From an uncultured Verrucomicrobiota bacterium (lineage in GTDB: Bacteria > Verrucomicrobiota > Verrucomicrobiia > Opitutales > UBA9783): a stretch of 64,000 nucleotides of DNA. Position 1 is the first letter of the stretch. The number at the start of each line of letters is the position of its first letter. Location: assembly GCA_946186275.1 (NCBI GenBank), contig CAMHMO010000001.1, positions 10,511 through 74,510 of the forward strand, read 5' to 3'. Of this stretch, positions 41,200-51,533 are shown piece after piece. The translations under genes were made by a program, and so were the position numbers. The notes under the pieces are model-generated. The model was not told the DNA's origin and made no database searches. It saw only the letters and a list, made by a program, of their open reading frames with translations.

Positions 41200-42120
41200 T
41201 CAAGCAAGCTTCAACCCCTCCACCTTCTCTTTGCTTGCCTTGTTTCGCTTCCCACGCAAATACTCCGGATGCCAACGAACAAACCAAACATCGCTGTTTT
41301 TCTTTTGAGCCGCCTCGATCAGTTCCGTTATTCTCTGTACCGCTTTCTCTCTGGGTGTAAAACAACACCCTAAATCTTTCGAACGAAATTCAATGAGACC
41401 CCTGTTATACGCCACAATAACGTGACCTTTAATGACGATAAAATCCGTATCCTTCAAATTAGCGACTACTTCTTCCACTTTCCCTTCTAGATCCTTATCC
41501 CAAATCTTCCCTGCTTCAACGGTAAAAAGTCGTCTCCCGAAGTCCTTCAATGAACCTGTAGCATGCGGCAACGTTCCGTCGGAAATATAATATAACAACC
41601 CCGAACAATCAAAACCGCGGCATTCATATTGTTCTCCTCCCTTTTTCGAGGTAAAAATCACTCCCGGCAACGGAACGGTTTCAAATTGATTACTGCCCCA
41701 GCAGTACGGAACGTTTTCAGAAAGACAACGTTCAAAAACCTTTCGAATTTTTTCCAACGACATCGGAGAACGCGTTCGTTTCACATCTCCTTCGCAAAAC
41801 TCTTTGCAGGAATCTTTTATGAAAGACGCATAAATAAAACCTTTATGTTTCACTTTTTCCGCTATTTCGCATGTTACTTCCGCCATGCCGTTCTCTTTGT
41901 ACCCGAATACCTCTATGACGCTCCCGGGTAACAGCACCGTGTCTAAATCGTCGCAGTTGCATCCTTTCTTACCCCTTTCGAACGAACGTATTTCTTTGTT
42001 ATTTTCGAACAGTGGCAAATAACATCCGTCTTTAACAACAAACATGTCGCCCGCATGCATACGGAACAATCCAAACGTCAACGTAAGACAAAAAAGTGAA
42101 ACAAAACGAAACTTTCTCAC
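41200..42120 (-). CDS. Exported NlpC/P60-family peptidoglycan endopeptidase-like protein
   Basis: Signal peptide; PYCWG, GFDCSGLLY (catalytic Cys), KGHVIV (catalytic His). Confidence 0.75.
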   Translation of the reverse strand: MRKFRFVSLFCLTLTFGLFRMHAGDMFVVKDGCYLPLFENNKEIRSFERGKKGCNCDDLDTVLLPGSVIEVFGYKENGMAEVTCEIAEKVKHKGFIYASFIKDSCKEFCEGDVKRTRSPMSLEKIRKVFERCLSENVPYCWGSNQFETVPLPGVIFTSKKGGEQYECRGFDCSGLLYYISDGTLPHATGSLKDFGRRLFTVEAGKIWDKDLEGKVEEVVANLKDTDFIVIKGHVIVAYNRGLIEFRSKDLGCCFTPREKAVQRITELIEAAQKKNSDVWFVRWHPEYLRGKRNKASKEKVEGLKLA

Positions 42121-42174
42121 ACTCTTATTTTGTGCGTAACATCAAATATGACAATAAAGAACAATCTGGATAAT

Positions 42175-42348
42175 CTAAATTAACTTCAACCATTCATTGA
42201 CAATAATCACTCCCTGAAACACCAAAACATACTCAAGCCATTCGTGAAATCTGTTAATCCAAGTTTTTGAAGAATGAACATCAAAAGGTTTGTGCATTAT
42301 CCAAACAACCGTAAATAAAATCACAAACAATATAATTTGATGTTTCAT
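42175..42348 (-). CDS. Possible small two-TM protein
   Basis: MKHQIILFVILFTVVWIMH...WLEYVLVFQGVIIV; short and could be spurious. Confidence 0.3.
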   Translation of the reverse strand: MKHQIILFVILFTVVWIMHKPFDVHSSKTWINRFHEWLEYVLVFQGVIIVNEWLKLI

Positions 42349-42508
42349 ATCTATTTCTTCTGTTGTAACCAAAGAAAACGTTCAACCTTCTTCAAATAAT
42401 CGACTTGCGACCGTCCGATTTTCGTAAATCTCCAACCCTGCCGCCGATAATCGATGGCAAAATTCAAGTCTATAACCGCAGGTCGGGCTTCCATCGGATG
42501 CCGCCCAA

Positions 42509-42796
42509 TTATTTCCCGTTAAACTTCGGCAATAAATACTCAACGCACGACTGCAGGGTGTTTAAACGCGGATAATCGGCCTCCGGTACGTCGATGTGAT
42601 GTTGCTTTCGCAGTTCCATGACGATGTCCAGAAAGTCCATGGAATCCAAACCGAGCAAATCGCGCAACGGCGTTTTGTCCGCATCCGACGTCCCGCCTCT
42701 CAATTTGCTCAAATCCGCATCGGGAGCGATTTCGGCAATGATGTCCAACACGATTTGGCGCACGTCCGTCGCCGTCTTTTCGTTCATATCGTTCAT
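42509..42796 (-). CDS. Second acyl carrier protein
   Basis: LGLDSMDFLDIVMEL with the phosphopantetheine Ser; follows a KAS gene. Confidence 0.88.
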   Translation of the reverse strand: MNDMNEKTATDVRQIVLDIIAEIAPDADLSKLRGGTSDADKTPLRDLLGLDSMDFLDIVMELRKQHHIDVPEADYPRLNTLQSCVEYLLPKFNGK

Positions 42797-42812
42797 GTTT
42801 TGAGTATAGTGA

Positions 42813-44051
42813 TTAAGAATTAAAGCGTTGCACAATCACCGTCGAATTGATCCCCAACATGCCGAAAGAATTGCTCAAAATCGTATTCGCCCGTTGTAAT
42901 TTTTTTGGCGTATGGGTGACTAAATTCGGAAGTTCGCACTCGGGATCGAGGTTGTCGACGTTGAGGGTCGGATGGATGATTTTGTCTTCAAAAGACGGCA
43001 AATTTCCCGCTAATTCCAACGCACCCGCCGCCCCCATCGTGTGCCCGATGAAACTCTTGGTGTTGTTGAAATGCGTATTCGGTGCGTCTTTGAAAACGTC
43101 TCGCAGCGCTTGGCACTCGCGCCGATCGCCTTCAATCGTTGACGTTGCATGCGTACTGACAATATCGATGTCATTCGGTTGAAGGTTGGCTTTTTGCAAT
43201 GCAAGCCGCATGCACTCCGCTTGTCGTTGACTGTCGGGGAGCACCGTATTCGTCGCATCCGAATTGATGCCGTACCCGATGATCTCTCCGTAGATTTCGG
43301 CGTTCCGCGCCAGTGCGTCATCCAGTCGTTCCAGCGTGAATAAGCAACCGCCTTCGCTGATGACAATTCCGTTGCGATCGCGGTCAAATGGTCGGCTGGC
43401 TTTGTTCGGGTCGGAACGCTCCGCCAGTGCCCCCTGGTTTTTGAAGCCGGCAAAGATCCCGAAACTGCCCGTACTCTCCCCTACCCCGCCGGCGAGTGCG
43501 TAATCGACTTCGCCAAGGCGCAACATTTGAACCCCCTGAATAATCCCTAAATTTCCGCCGGCGCAGGCACCGCCCAGGGTATAATGCGGTCCCGTAATGC
43601 CGAGGTTAATAGAAATTTCCCCGGCGGGATTATTGGCAACCGTCCGCGGATTATGATGATGGTTCCAGTATTTGGCATCGTAACCGAATTGAGACAGTTG
43701 ATAAACTTCGTTTTCCGTTTCGACCGTTCCGTGTTCCGTAATTCCGACGTAAATTCCGACGCGACTCTTATCGAGCAGTTCCCACGGCAGACGGCTCGAT
43801 TCAATCGCTTTGTGCGCGCAATAAATACCAATGGATCCGGCGCGCGTCCCGGTGCGAATTTCCTTTTTGGTTTGATAATCGGTCGCATTAAAAGCGCAGA
43901 CGCCCGCCAAAACGAGCCCCATATAACGCATGTCGATGCGTTGAATGCGCGCGCATCCTTCCAGCAAATGCTTGCGAAACTCCGCCAGGGAATTTCCGTT
44001 CGGCGCGACCAAACCGACGCCCGTAATCACAATTCGCTGCGACCACTCCAT
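42813..44051 (-). CDS. Second beta-ketoacyl-ACP synthase (FabB/FabF-like, Cys-His-His)
   Basis: RIVITGVG, GACAGG, PFDRDRNGIVISEG, STHATST, KSFIGHTMGAAG. Confidence 0.9.
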   Translation of the reverse strand: MEWSQRIVITGVGLVAPNGNSLAEFRKHLLEGCARIQRIDMRYMGLVLAGVCAFNATDYQTKKEIRTGTRAGSIGIYCAHKAIESSRLPWELLDKSRVGIYVGITEHGTVETENEVYQLSQFGYDAKYWNHHHNPRTVANNPAGEISINLGITGPHYTLGGACAGGNLGIIQGVQMLRLGEVDYALAGGVGESTGSFGIFAGFKNQGALAERSDPNKASRPFDRDRNGIVISEGGCLFTLERLDDALARNAEIYGEIIGYGINSDATNTVLPDSQRQAECMRLALQKANLQPNDIDIVSTHATSTIEGDRRECQALRDVFKDAPNTHFNNTKSFIGHTMGAAGALELAGNLPSFEDKIIHPTLNVDNLDPECELPNLVTHTPKKLQRANTILSNSFGMLGINSTVIVQRFNS

Positions 44052-44119
44052 CACAAAATTTTCAGCAACGTCTTTATGTTAAAAAAATTTTCCGAAAATG
44101 AAAGGAAAAAATGCGCACG

Positions 44120-46747
44120 CTACGCCGTCAATTTCTTCAAAGCTTCGTACTTTCGTCGATTTTCCTCCAATTGCCGCTTTACGCCTTCGATAACCTCTTG
44201 TGCCGCATGCGATAAAAACTTTTCGTTGGAAAGCTTGACCTCCGCCGTTTGAATGTGCTTCGATAACGCTTCGAGTTGTTGCCGAAGTTGCGTTTTGTCC
44301 GCATTCGTCGCGTTCTTCGCGGATGAAGTTTCGATGAAAAACGTTCCGCAGTGCGTCACAATGTTTGGCAAGCCCGAAAGCGGTTTTTGCGTCGGTTTTA
44401 ATGCCTTTAAGCCGACCAAATGTACCAAAAGTTCGCGGTATTTTTCGAAATCTTCGCAATGTTTGTCCGATAAAACATGCATTACAACCGATTTATTGCC
44501 GTTGCCATGCTCCGCTTTTAACGTGCGCAGTTGCCCGACGAGGTCGACGAGACGACCGACTTCGAAACACTCTTTTTCGGAGATATTAAGTTTTTCCAAG
44601 CGCCGTTTAAAAGCCAAAAAATCCCATGTGTTCTCATGTATAAGCCCCGTTCCGAGATGCATCTGTTCCCACAATTCCTCCGTTATATACGGAATGAACG
44701 GATGCAACATTTGCAACATTTGTCGCAAAAACAGATCCTGAACCGCCAAACAGGGTTGTGGTTGATGTTTTTGTACTTCCAGGTAAAAATCGCAAAAAAC
44801 ATCGCGGAAACACGCCTGCAAGTCTTTTACGGCGGCATTGAATTCATATTGTTTCAGATGCTTTTCGTATGCTTCCGACGCGGAATACAACGCATGCAAC
44901 AGATAACCGTCGAAAGGCGTTAAGTCGGTCATTGCATCGAAATAATCATCCAACGTTCGATACTCCTCTGCCCAGCTCTGCATCAGACGAAAACGGCAGG
45001 CGTTCCACAGTTTCGTGCAAAAATTGCGTCCAGACAACAGCGCGTGCTCGTCGAAACGAATATCCTGCCCCTGCGGCGCAATCGACAGCAAACCGATGCG
45101 TACGCCGTCCGCTCCGTAAGTTTTAATCAAATTCAACGGATCGGGTGAATTTCCGAGAGTTTTGGACATCTTTCGACCTATTGCATCGCGCACAATCCCC
45201 GTTAAATAAACGTTTTTGAACGGAATACGCTGTTCAACCGCTCGATCTTCGACAAATTCCAACGACGCCACAATCATGCGCGTAATCCAGAAAAAGATGA
45301 TATCCGCGCCCGAAACCAGCACATCGCTCGGGAAATAACGGTCGAAAAGATTTTTGTCCGTATTCTCCTTGTAATGTAACGTTCCGAGCGGCCAGAGCCA
45401 CGATGAAAACCACGTATCCAGCACATCCGGATCCTGTTCCCAATTTTCAATGTCTGTCGGCGGTTCAACGGATACGTGTAATTTTGACGGATCGTCTTTG
45501 TGATACCAAACGGGGATGCGGTGTCCCCACCACAGCTGGCGACTGATGCACCAATCCTGCAAATTATCCAGCCAATGCCGATAGACTTTTCCCCAGTGTT
45601 GCGGATAAAAACGGATTAACTGCTCCTCTGCCAGGCGTTTTGCCGCTTCCGTTTGCGGATAACGCAAAAACCACTGTTCCGACAAACGCGGTTCGATCGG
45701 CACGTCGGCGCGTTCCGAATAACCGACGTTGTGTTCGTATGGTTCCTCCTTTATGAGAAGTCCCTTTTTGCGCAACGCTTCCACAACGGCTTTCCGCGCT
45801 TCCGCACGATCCAATCCTTCAAAAGGCGCACCGTTGGTATTCATTTTTCCGCTTGCATCCAGAACTTCGATAAACGGCAGGTTGTGACGTTTTCCGACTT
45901 CGAAGTCAACGGGATCGTGTGCGGGAGTGATTTTGAGCGCACCTGTTCCGAAATCTTGCTCAACCGCTTCGTCCGCAATAATCGGAATGGTACGTTTTTC
46001 ATCAAACGGACAGCGTGCGTGCAACCCGATCAGTGCCTGATAACGCGGATCGTTCGGATGCACCGCCAGTGCCGTATCGCCCGGGATGGTTTCGGGACGT
46101 GTGGTAGCGATGGGAATGAAGGCATTCGGTTTTTCGACGATTTCGTAACGAAACGTCCAAAGAAAACCTTTCGTCGGTTTCATGATGACTTCTTCGTCGC
46201 TGAGTGCCGTTTGAGACACGGGACACCAATTCACCAAGCGCTTCCCCTTGTAAATATACCCGCGTTTATACAATTTCACGAACGCTTCCAAAACGCGTTG
46301 CGAATAATCGGGATCGCGTGTGTATGTCGGGCGAGACCAGTCGCACGATACTCCCAGTTGTCTCAATTGTTCGAAAATAATGTTCCCGTGTCGTTCGCGC
46401 CACTGCTCAACCCGTTTCAGGAACGATTCGCGTCCCAACTGTTGCCGCGTAAGCCCTTCTTCTTTTTTGAGAACTTTTTCAACCTTGCTTTGGGTTGAAA
46501 TTCCGGCGTGATCCGTTCCCGGAAGCCACAGAACATCCTTTCCGCAAATGCGCGCCCAACGACACAATACGTCCTGAACCGTATTATTCAACACATGCCC
46601 CATATGCAAAATTCCCGTTACGTTGGGTGGCGGCATGAAAATCGTGAACGTCGGGCGACCGTCGTTTTTGGCTTCGAAACAGCGCGCTTCTGACCATCGT
46701 CGATTCCACTTTTCCTGCAAGGTCGTCGGAAGATAGGTTTTCTCCAT
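44120..46747 (-). CDS. valS: Valine--tRNA ligase
   Basis: PPPNVTGILHMGH, DWCISRQLWWGHRIP, DVLDTWFSS, KMSKT. Confidence 0.98.
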   Translation of the reverse strand: MEKTYLPTTLQEKWNRRWSEARCFEAKNDGRPTFTIFMPPPNVTGILHMGHVLNNTVQDVLCRWARICGKDVLWLPGTDHAGISTQSKVEKVLKKEEGLTRQQLGRESFLKRVEQWRERHGNIIFEQLRQLGVSCDWSRPTYTRDPDYSQRVLEAFVKLYKRGYIYKGKRLVNWCPVSQTALSDEEVIMKPTKGFLWTFRYEIVEKPNAFIPIATTRPETIPGDTALAVHPNDPRYQALIGLHARCPFDEKRTIPIIADEAVEQDFGTGALKITPAHDPVDFEVGKRHNLPFIEVLDASGKMNTNGAPFEGLDRAEARKAVVEALRKKGLLIKEEPYEHNVGYSERADVPIEPRLSEQWFLRYPQTEAAKRLAEEQLIRFYPQHWGKVYRHWLDNLQDWCISRQLWWGHRIPVWYHKDDPSKLHVSVEPPTDIENWEQDPDVLDTWFSSWLWPLGTLHYKENTDKNLFDRYFPSDVLVSGADIIFFWITRMIVASLEFVEDRAVEQRIPFKNVYLTGIVRDAIGRKMSKTLGNSPDPLNLIKTYGADGVRIGLLSIAPQGQDIRFDEHALLSGRNFCTKLWNACRFRLMQSWAEEYRTLDDYFDAMTDLTPFDGYLLHALYSASEAYEKHLKQYEFNAAVKDLQACFRDVFCDFYLEVQKHQPQPCLAVQDLFLRQMLQMLHPFIPYITEELWEQMHLGTGLIHENTWDFLAFKRRLEKLNISEKECFEVGRLVDLVGQLRTLKAEHGNGNKSVVMHVLSDKHCEDFEKYRELLVHLVGLKALKPTQKPLSGLPNIVTHCGTFFIETSSAKNATNADKTQLRQQLEALSKHIQTAEVKLSNEKFLSHAAQEVIEGVKRQLEENRRKYEALKKLTA

Positions 46748-46880
46748 AAACGCTGTCCCGATCCTGAAAAAATTCCGCATGTTTGTCCAGTTTAAAGTCA
46801 TCAGCCCAAAAGTTGTGTTTTGTAAAAATCCAACGAAAAACGCTTTACCGAAAAATAGGTTCGCGACATAATAAAAATGT

Positions 46881-48788
46881 ATGCGCTTCCTTTATATTCT
46901 CACTGCCGGTTTTTTCCTGCTGTCGGGCGTTTTTAAGAACATTCCGCCTTGTACCATCATGGCGGTGCCTGTTCCGAAAACGGCTGAAAAAAACAATACG
47001 GAAGTCGACAAGGAAAATTCGAAACATTCAAAAAAGACTGTCGATCCAGCGAACGAGAAAAAAGAAAGTGTTCAAAATTCGCCTGCGGAAATCGTGAAGG
47101 CATCTCCCCCATCGACCGTCGATTACGGCAAAATTATTAAAGAGCAACTGTCCGATTTTTTGGAGCGTGATTTAGCCAAGAATGTTGCGGCTTTACCGTT
47201 GAAACCGATTGTAACGATTACCGTTTCAAGCCTCACGGATGGTTTGAAAAAAGCTTTTTTTGTCGGGGATAAAGTTTATCCGGGATTTTCAACTCTGGCG
47301 CAACTGTTTGTCAGCGGTTCAATCGGCGGTTCCGATTGTCCCGGTGTTGACCCGAATGCACCGTGTTGCGTTTTGTTGTTTCCTCACGCTTCGGAGATTG
47401 TTTTGCCTTTGGTCTGTTTCAAGGCAACGCCCGAAAGTTTAATTGTTAAAAATTTGCAGTCGGAAGCGAATAAAGATGGCGAATATCAATTAACCGAACT
47501 GCCGTTGTCGAACGGCAAATTACAAAATGACAAAACGTACAGGACGTGGATTTTTGGTTCCAAAACGCTTTTGTCGTCCTTCAAAGATTTTTCGACCGTT
47601 ACGGCTTTATTGGATACGGAAGCGCAATCTGCCCGAAAAATGCTTTCCGTTGAATTGGATGTTGAGAGTTTGAGTGCTTTTATGCCGTTGCCGGTACTGA
47701 AATTGGCTTACGACACGTACGTAAAGAAGGATTTCGAGAAAATTACTTATATGTTAAATATCGACGGTGAAAAATTGCAGTTTTCCTCTCGGTATCAATT
47801 CAAACCGCAAACACCGTGGTCTGTTTTTTGCAAAGCAATCCACGAGCGAAGGAAAACGTTTCGTTCCCTGAATTTTCCGTCGGAAGCGGCGATGAAAACG
47901 TTTTTTTATTGGGATCCGTCGAGCGACGACAACCTGTTTAAATCCCTGTCAACATACGCAAAAGAGGCGGAGTGGAATCGGGATCCGATTGCGTTCCAAG
48001 TGTACCGATGGGGACAGTTGCTTTATCCGCTTTACGAAGCATACTTGGATTTTATGAAAACCGCTTCCGTCGGCAACAGCCAAAGTTATTCTCTCGGAGC
48101 GGAATGGTTTGGTTTTGAGGAATTAAAATCCACGATTACGGATAAGGCGTTGGCGGATTTTCTTGATAAGTTTATCAAAAAATGCGCATATCAACTGACA
48201 TTGGCGTACAATGAGCACCTTTTGGGGAGCAATTACATTGAGAGCGTTTCTTTCGGAGAAAAATTCCTGACACACGAAGATTATGGCAATATCCACAGGT
48301 GCGGTTTGAAAATTCGCGGGTATGTTCCGGACAAGCATGATGATTCGAATGAACTGCTGTTGTTTGTCGCATTATACAATGGGTACTTGTTATATGGGAA
48401 TGATTTGGATCGAGTGGCGTCTCTCTTTGAACAACTGAAGGCTTTATCACCTTTCTCTTACTGTTCCAGACCCGACGCGATTTTTTCGTCACGTACGGAA
48501 TTCGAGCATCCGAAAGGTATTATTGAGACTTCCTGCAATGCGGAAGTTGCACCCGAAGCGTTTTCGACAACCGCAAGCATTCCTTTATCGTTTATTGAAG
48601 CCGTCGGTTCTCTTATTTTCGGGAACACGTATTCCGATAAATCGGAGGATACGGAAGAAGCCGAAAAAACAAGTAAAAATAACGTAACGAACAATCCTTC
48701 GAATGTTTCGGAACTGCCCCGTGAGTCCGAAGGTAATACAAACATATCCAATCCTGCGATTTCTGCTCAACCCGCCGCCGTTCGCTAG
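46881..48788 (+). CDS. Hypothetical exported or membrane-anchored protein (635 aa)
   Basis: Hydrophobic N-terminus, charged linker, low-complexity C-tail; 12 nt before ftsA. Confidence 0.65.
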   Translation: MRFLYILTAGFFLLSGVFKNIPPCTIMAVPVPKTAEKNNTEVDKENSKHSKKTVDPANEKKESVQNSPAEIVKASPPSTVDYGKIIKEQLSDFLERDLAKNVAALPLKPIVTITVSSLTDGLKKAFFVGDKVYPGFSTLAQLFVSGSIGGSDCPGVDPNAPCCVLLFPHASEIVLPLVCFKATPESLIVKNLQSEANKDGEYQLTELPLSNGKLQNDKTYRTWIFGSKTLLSSFKDFSTVTALLDTEAQSARKMLSVELDVESLSAFMPLPVLKLAYDTYVKKDFEKITYMLNIDGEKLQFSSRYQFKPQTPWSVFCKAIHERRKTFRSLNFPSEAAMKTFFYWDPSSDDNLFKSLSTYAKEAEWNRDPIAFQVYRWGQLLYPLYEAYLDFMKTASVGNSQSYSLGAEWFGFEELKSTITDKALADFLDKFIKKCAYQLTLAYNEHLLGSNYIESVSFGEKFLTHEDYGNIHRCGLKIRGYVPDKHDDSNELLLFVALYNGYLLYGNDLDRVASLFEQLKALSPFSYCSRPDAIFSSRTEFEHPKGIIETSCNAEVAPEAFSTTASIPLSFIEAVGSLIFGNTYSDKSEDTEEAEKTSKNNVTNNPSNVSELPRESEGNTNISNPAISAQPAAVR

Positions 48789-48800
48789 CGTCTCATAACC

Positions 48801-49991
48801 ATGGTCTCGCGACGAAACCGCATCGGTGCGTTGGATATCGGTTCGCAGAGTATTACATTTTTATTGGGCGAGCGCATCGGTTCGCAATTTGATCTTATCG
48901 GGCACGCCCAAGTGCCGTCCGCAGGTATTCAAAAAGGTCGCATCGAAGATCCGAAAGCATTGGGCGGTGTGCTTCAAAATTTATTTACGGATTTATCCAA
49001 ACGCTTCGGAATGTTGCCGCAGGATTTAACACTTTCCCAGAGCGGAACGCATCTGCAAAGCACTTCTTTTGAAATGTTGTTGCCGTTTTCTGATTTTCGG
49101 CATCGCATTGAACAAAACGATTTGGAGCGCCTGCATCGGTTGATTGCCGAAAAGGAATTGCCGCCCGAAGTCGTTTCGTTGCATGTTTCGCCGAAATTTT
49201 ACACCGTCAACGGCACGCGCGTTGAGCAACCGATTGGCAAAGAAGCGAACTCAATAACGGCTCACTGCGATTTACTTTTCGGGAAAGCGCAACCGATCCG
49301 CGATCAACTTTATGCCGTCAATCAATTCGGTTTCAGCGTTCGACATCTGGTTTTTTCGGCGATGGCATCCGCGCTTGCCGTTACGATGCCCGTTGAGCGC
49401 GAAAACGGCGTATGCGTTATCGATATCGGCGCGCAAATGACGGATTACATTGTTTATAAACATCACATCGTCACGGCTTCGGGAACGTTTCCCGTCGGCG
49501 GACAAAATTTTACCCGCGATGTATGTTCGGGGTTGCGTATTTTGAGCCAAGACGCGGAACGCTTGAAGTGCGAATACGGTATTCCGAATTTAACTCCCGA
49601 AACGCCCGAGGAAATTTGGGTGATCGGCGACCGCTCGATCGGCGATAAGGCGGTTAAAACCAAAAATCTTCACACTGTTTTGCAGGCGCGCGCGCGGGAA
49701 TTATTCGGGTATGTTTCGAAGTGCATCGGCGGCGAAGAAGAACTTTTGTCGGGCGTTGTTTTGACGGGCAGAGGTGCATTGTTGAAGAATATCGAAAAAG
49801 TTGCTGTCGAAACTTTCCGATGCGACTGTTGCGTTCGCGGTTCTGTTGCACCCGTTAATGAAGCGTTAAAGTCGCCGACGTACGCCACATGCCTCGGGCT
49901 GTTGCAATACACCTTAAAACCCAATCCGACGGCTCCGAAACCAACCGCAACTTCTATGTGGAAACGAGTGTGCAATTGGTTTAAGGGATGA
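48801..49991 (+). CDS. ftsA: Cell division protein FtsA
   Basis: ALDIGS, CVIDIGAQMT, FPVGGQNFTRD, AERLKCEYG, VVLTG; C-terminal amphipathic MWKRVCNWF. Confidence 0.88.
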   Translation: MVSRRNRIGALDIGSQSITFLLGERIGSQFDLIGHAQVPSAGIQKGRIEDPKALGGVLQNLFTDLSKRFGMLPQDLTLSQSGTHLQSTSFEMLLPFSDFRHRIEQNDLERLHRLIAEKELPPEVVSLHVSPKFYTVNGTRVEQPIGKEANSITAHCDLLFGKAQPIRDQLYAVNQFGFSVRHLVFSAMASALAVTMPVERENGVCVIDIGAQMTDYIVYKHHIVTASGTFPVGGQNFTRDVCSGLRILSQDAERLKCEYGIPNLTPETPEEIWVIGDRSIGDKAVKTKNLHTVLQARARELFGYVSKCIGGEEELLSGVVLTGRGALLKNIEKVAVETFRCDCCVRGSVAPVNEALKSPTYATCLGLLQYTLKPNPTAPKPTATSMWKRVCNWFKG

Positions 49992-50195
49992 TGTGCCTCG
50001 GTTTGCGGAAGATGATTTCGTAATGTACAATTTTCCTTATGAGAATTTCTTCCATAAGATTACGGTGCTAAGTTCTTCAGGTGCTCCCGTTATGTGCAGT
50101 ACGTGCTTCGTTTTTTGCGAAAAACAAACTTTTTTATATTTCCGAGAACATTAAAAATTGTATTTGAATACGAAATATACGAAAATCAGACAGCC

Positions 50196-51305
50196 ATGGG
50201 AGCTTTACTTCGACCGCAAATAACAATTCATTTGGACGCCGTTCGCGAAAATTACGCAAGAATTCGATGGTATGCACCGAACGCGGAAATTTGCCCCGTC
50301 GTTAAATCGGATGCGTACGGATTGGGGGTGCTTAAAGTCACACGCGCGCTGATTGCCTGCGGCTGTCGAAATTTTTACGTTTCCACGCCGTTCGAAGGTG
50401 TCGAGTTGCGAAACAATTTTCCGAACATCCAAATCAATGTTTTGAACGGTCTTCAAAACGGTTCGCGGGAATTATTCAGAAAATATCGACTGACACCCGT
50501 AATTAACAGTTTGGAACAGCTGAAAAATTGGGAAGATTTGCGGTCGGAGGTTGAAACTTCCTGTATTTTGAATGTCGAAACGGGATTTAATCGCCTCGGG
50601 CTTCCGGAAGAAGAGTGGGCATTATGTACTTCGGAACGTTTAAGAAATGCGCGCGTCTCCGTTATCATGACCCATTTTTCGTGTGTTTCCGAAGTTTCGT
50701 CCGATGATATCGAACGTAATCGTGTTATTGAGGAACAAAATCACAGGCAGTACGCCGCGTACGGTCGCGCGCTTCAACGGTTTCAACTTCCCGGAAGCGT
50801 TGCGTTGGATGCGTATGTTCAAAATTCGACAAATCTTCCGATTGCGCAAATTCGTACCGGTGCGGCTTTGTGTGGGGTTTGCGTGTTTCCAGGAAAATTG
50901 GATTTGTGCCCTACGATTACGCTGAAAGCATCCGTTTTACAGGTAACGACCCTTCATAAGGGCGAACGCGTCGGTTACGGAGCGACTTGGGAAGCGAAAA
51001 AAAATACGGTTACCGCCGTTATCAACATCGGGCACGGGCATGGTCTGCCGCGCAGTTTGGGAAATCGCGGGACGGTATGGTTTTACCACCGTTCGCAACG
51101 TTATGCGGCACCCGTTATCGGGCGGGTTGCGATGGGCTTAACCGTCTGCGATGTTACCGATGTTCCGATGCAGGTTCTCAATAACGGTGAAGCAATTATT
51201 CTGGATGAACGCTATACCATCAACGATCTTTGTATCGATGCCGATCGTTCGGATTGCGAAATTTTATGCAATTTTAAAGAAATGGATTGGCGGTATATCG
51301 ATTAA
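50196..51305 (+). CDS. alr: Alanine racemase-family protein (divergent)
   Basis: VVKSDAYG (PLP Lys), ETGFNRLG, MTHFS, RVGYGATW, PVIGRVAM. Confidence 0.8.
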   Translation: MGALLRPQITIHLDAVRENYARIRWYAPNAEICPVVKSDAYGLGVLKVTRALIACGCRNFYVSTPFEGVELRNNFPNIQINVLNGLQNGSRELFRKYRLTPVINSLEQLKNWEDLRSEVETSCILNVETGFNRLGLPEEEWALCTSERLRNARVSVIMTHFSCVSEVSSDDIERNRVIEEQNHRQYAAYGRALQRFQLPGSVALDAYVQNSTNLPIAQIRTGAALCGVCVFPGKLDLCPTITLKASVLQVTTLHKGERVGYGATWEAKKNTVTAVINIGHGHGLPRSLGNRGTVWFYHRSQRYAAPVIGRVAMGLTVCDVTDVPMQVLNNGEAIILDERYTINDLCIDADRSDCEILCNFKEMDWRYID

Positions 51306-51407
51306 GCAACTACCTCGCGGAAATAAAAACTGCGCCATCAATTGCCGCCATCTCCTCCCGCAGTACCCTTGGAAAAACGTTCGCGCGAGCACCATGCGCT
51401 CCCCCTT

Positions 51408-51483
<76 letters not shown>

Positions 51484-51533
51484 CCAACCGTCCTTATTTG
51501 ATGGGAAAACCGAAAAAACGTCAACAGCGTTTT

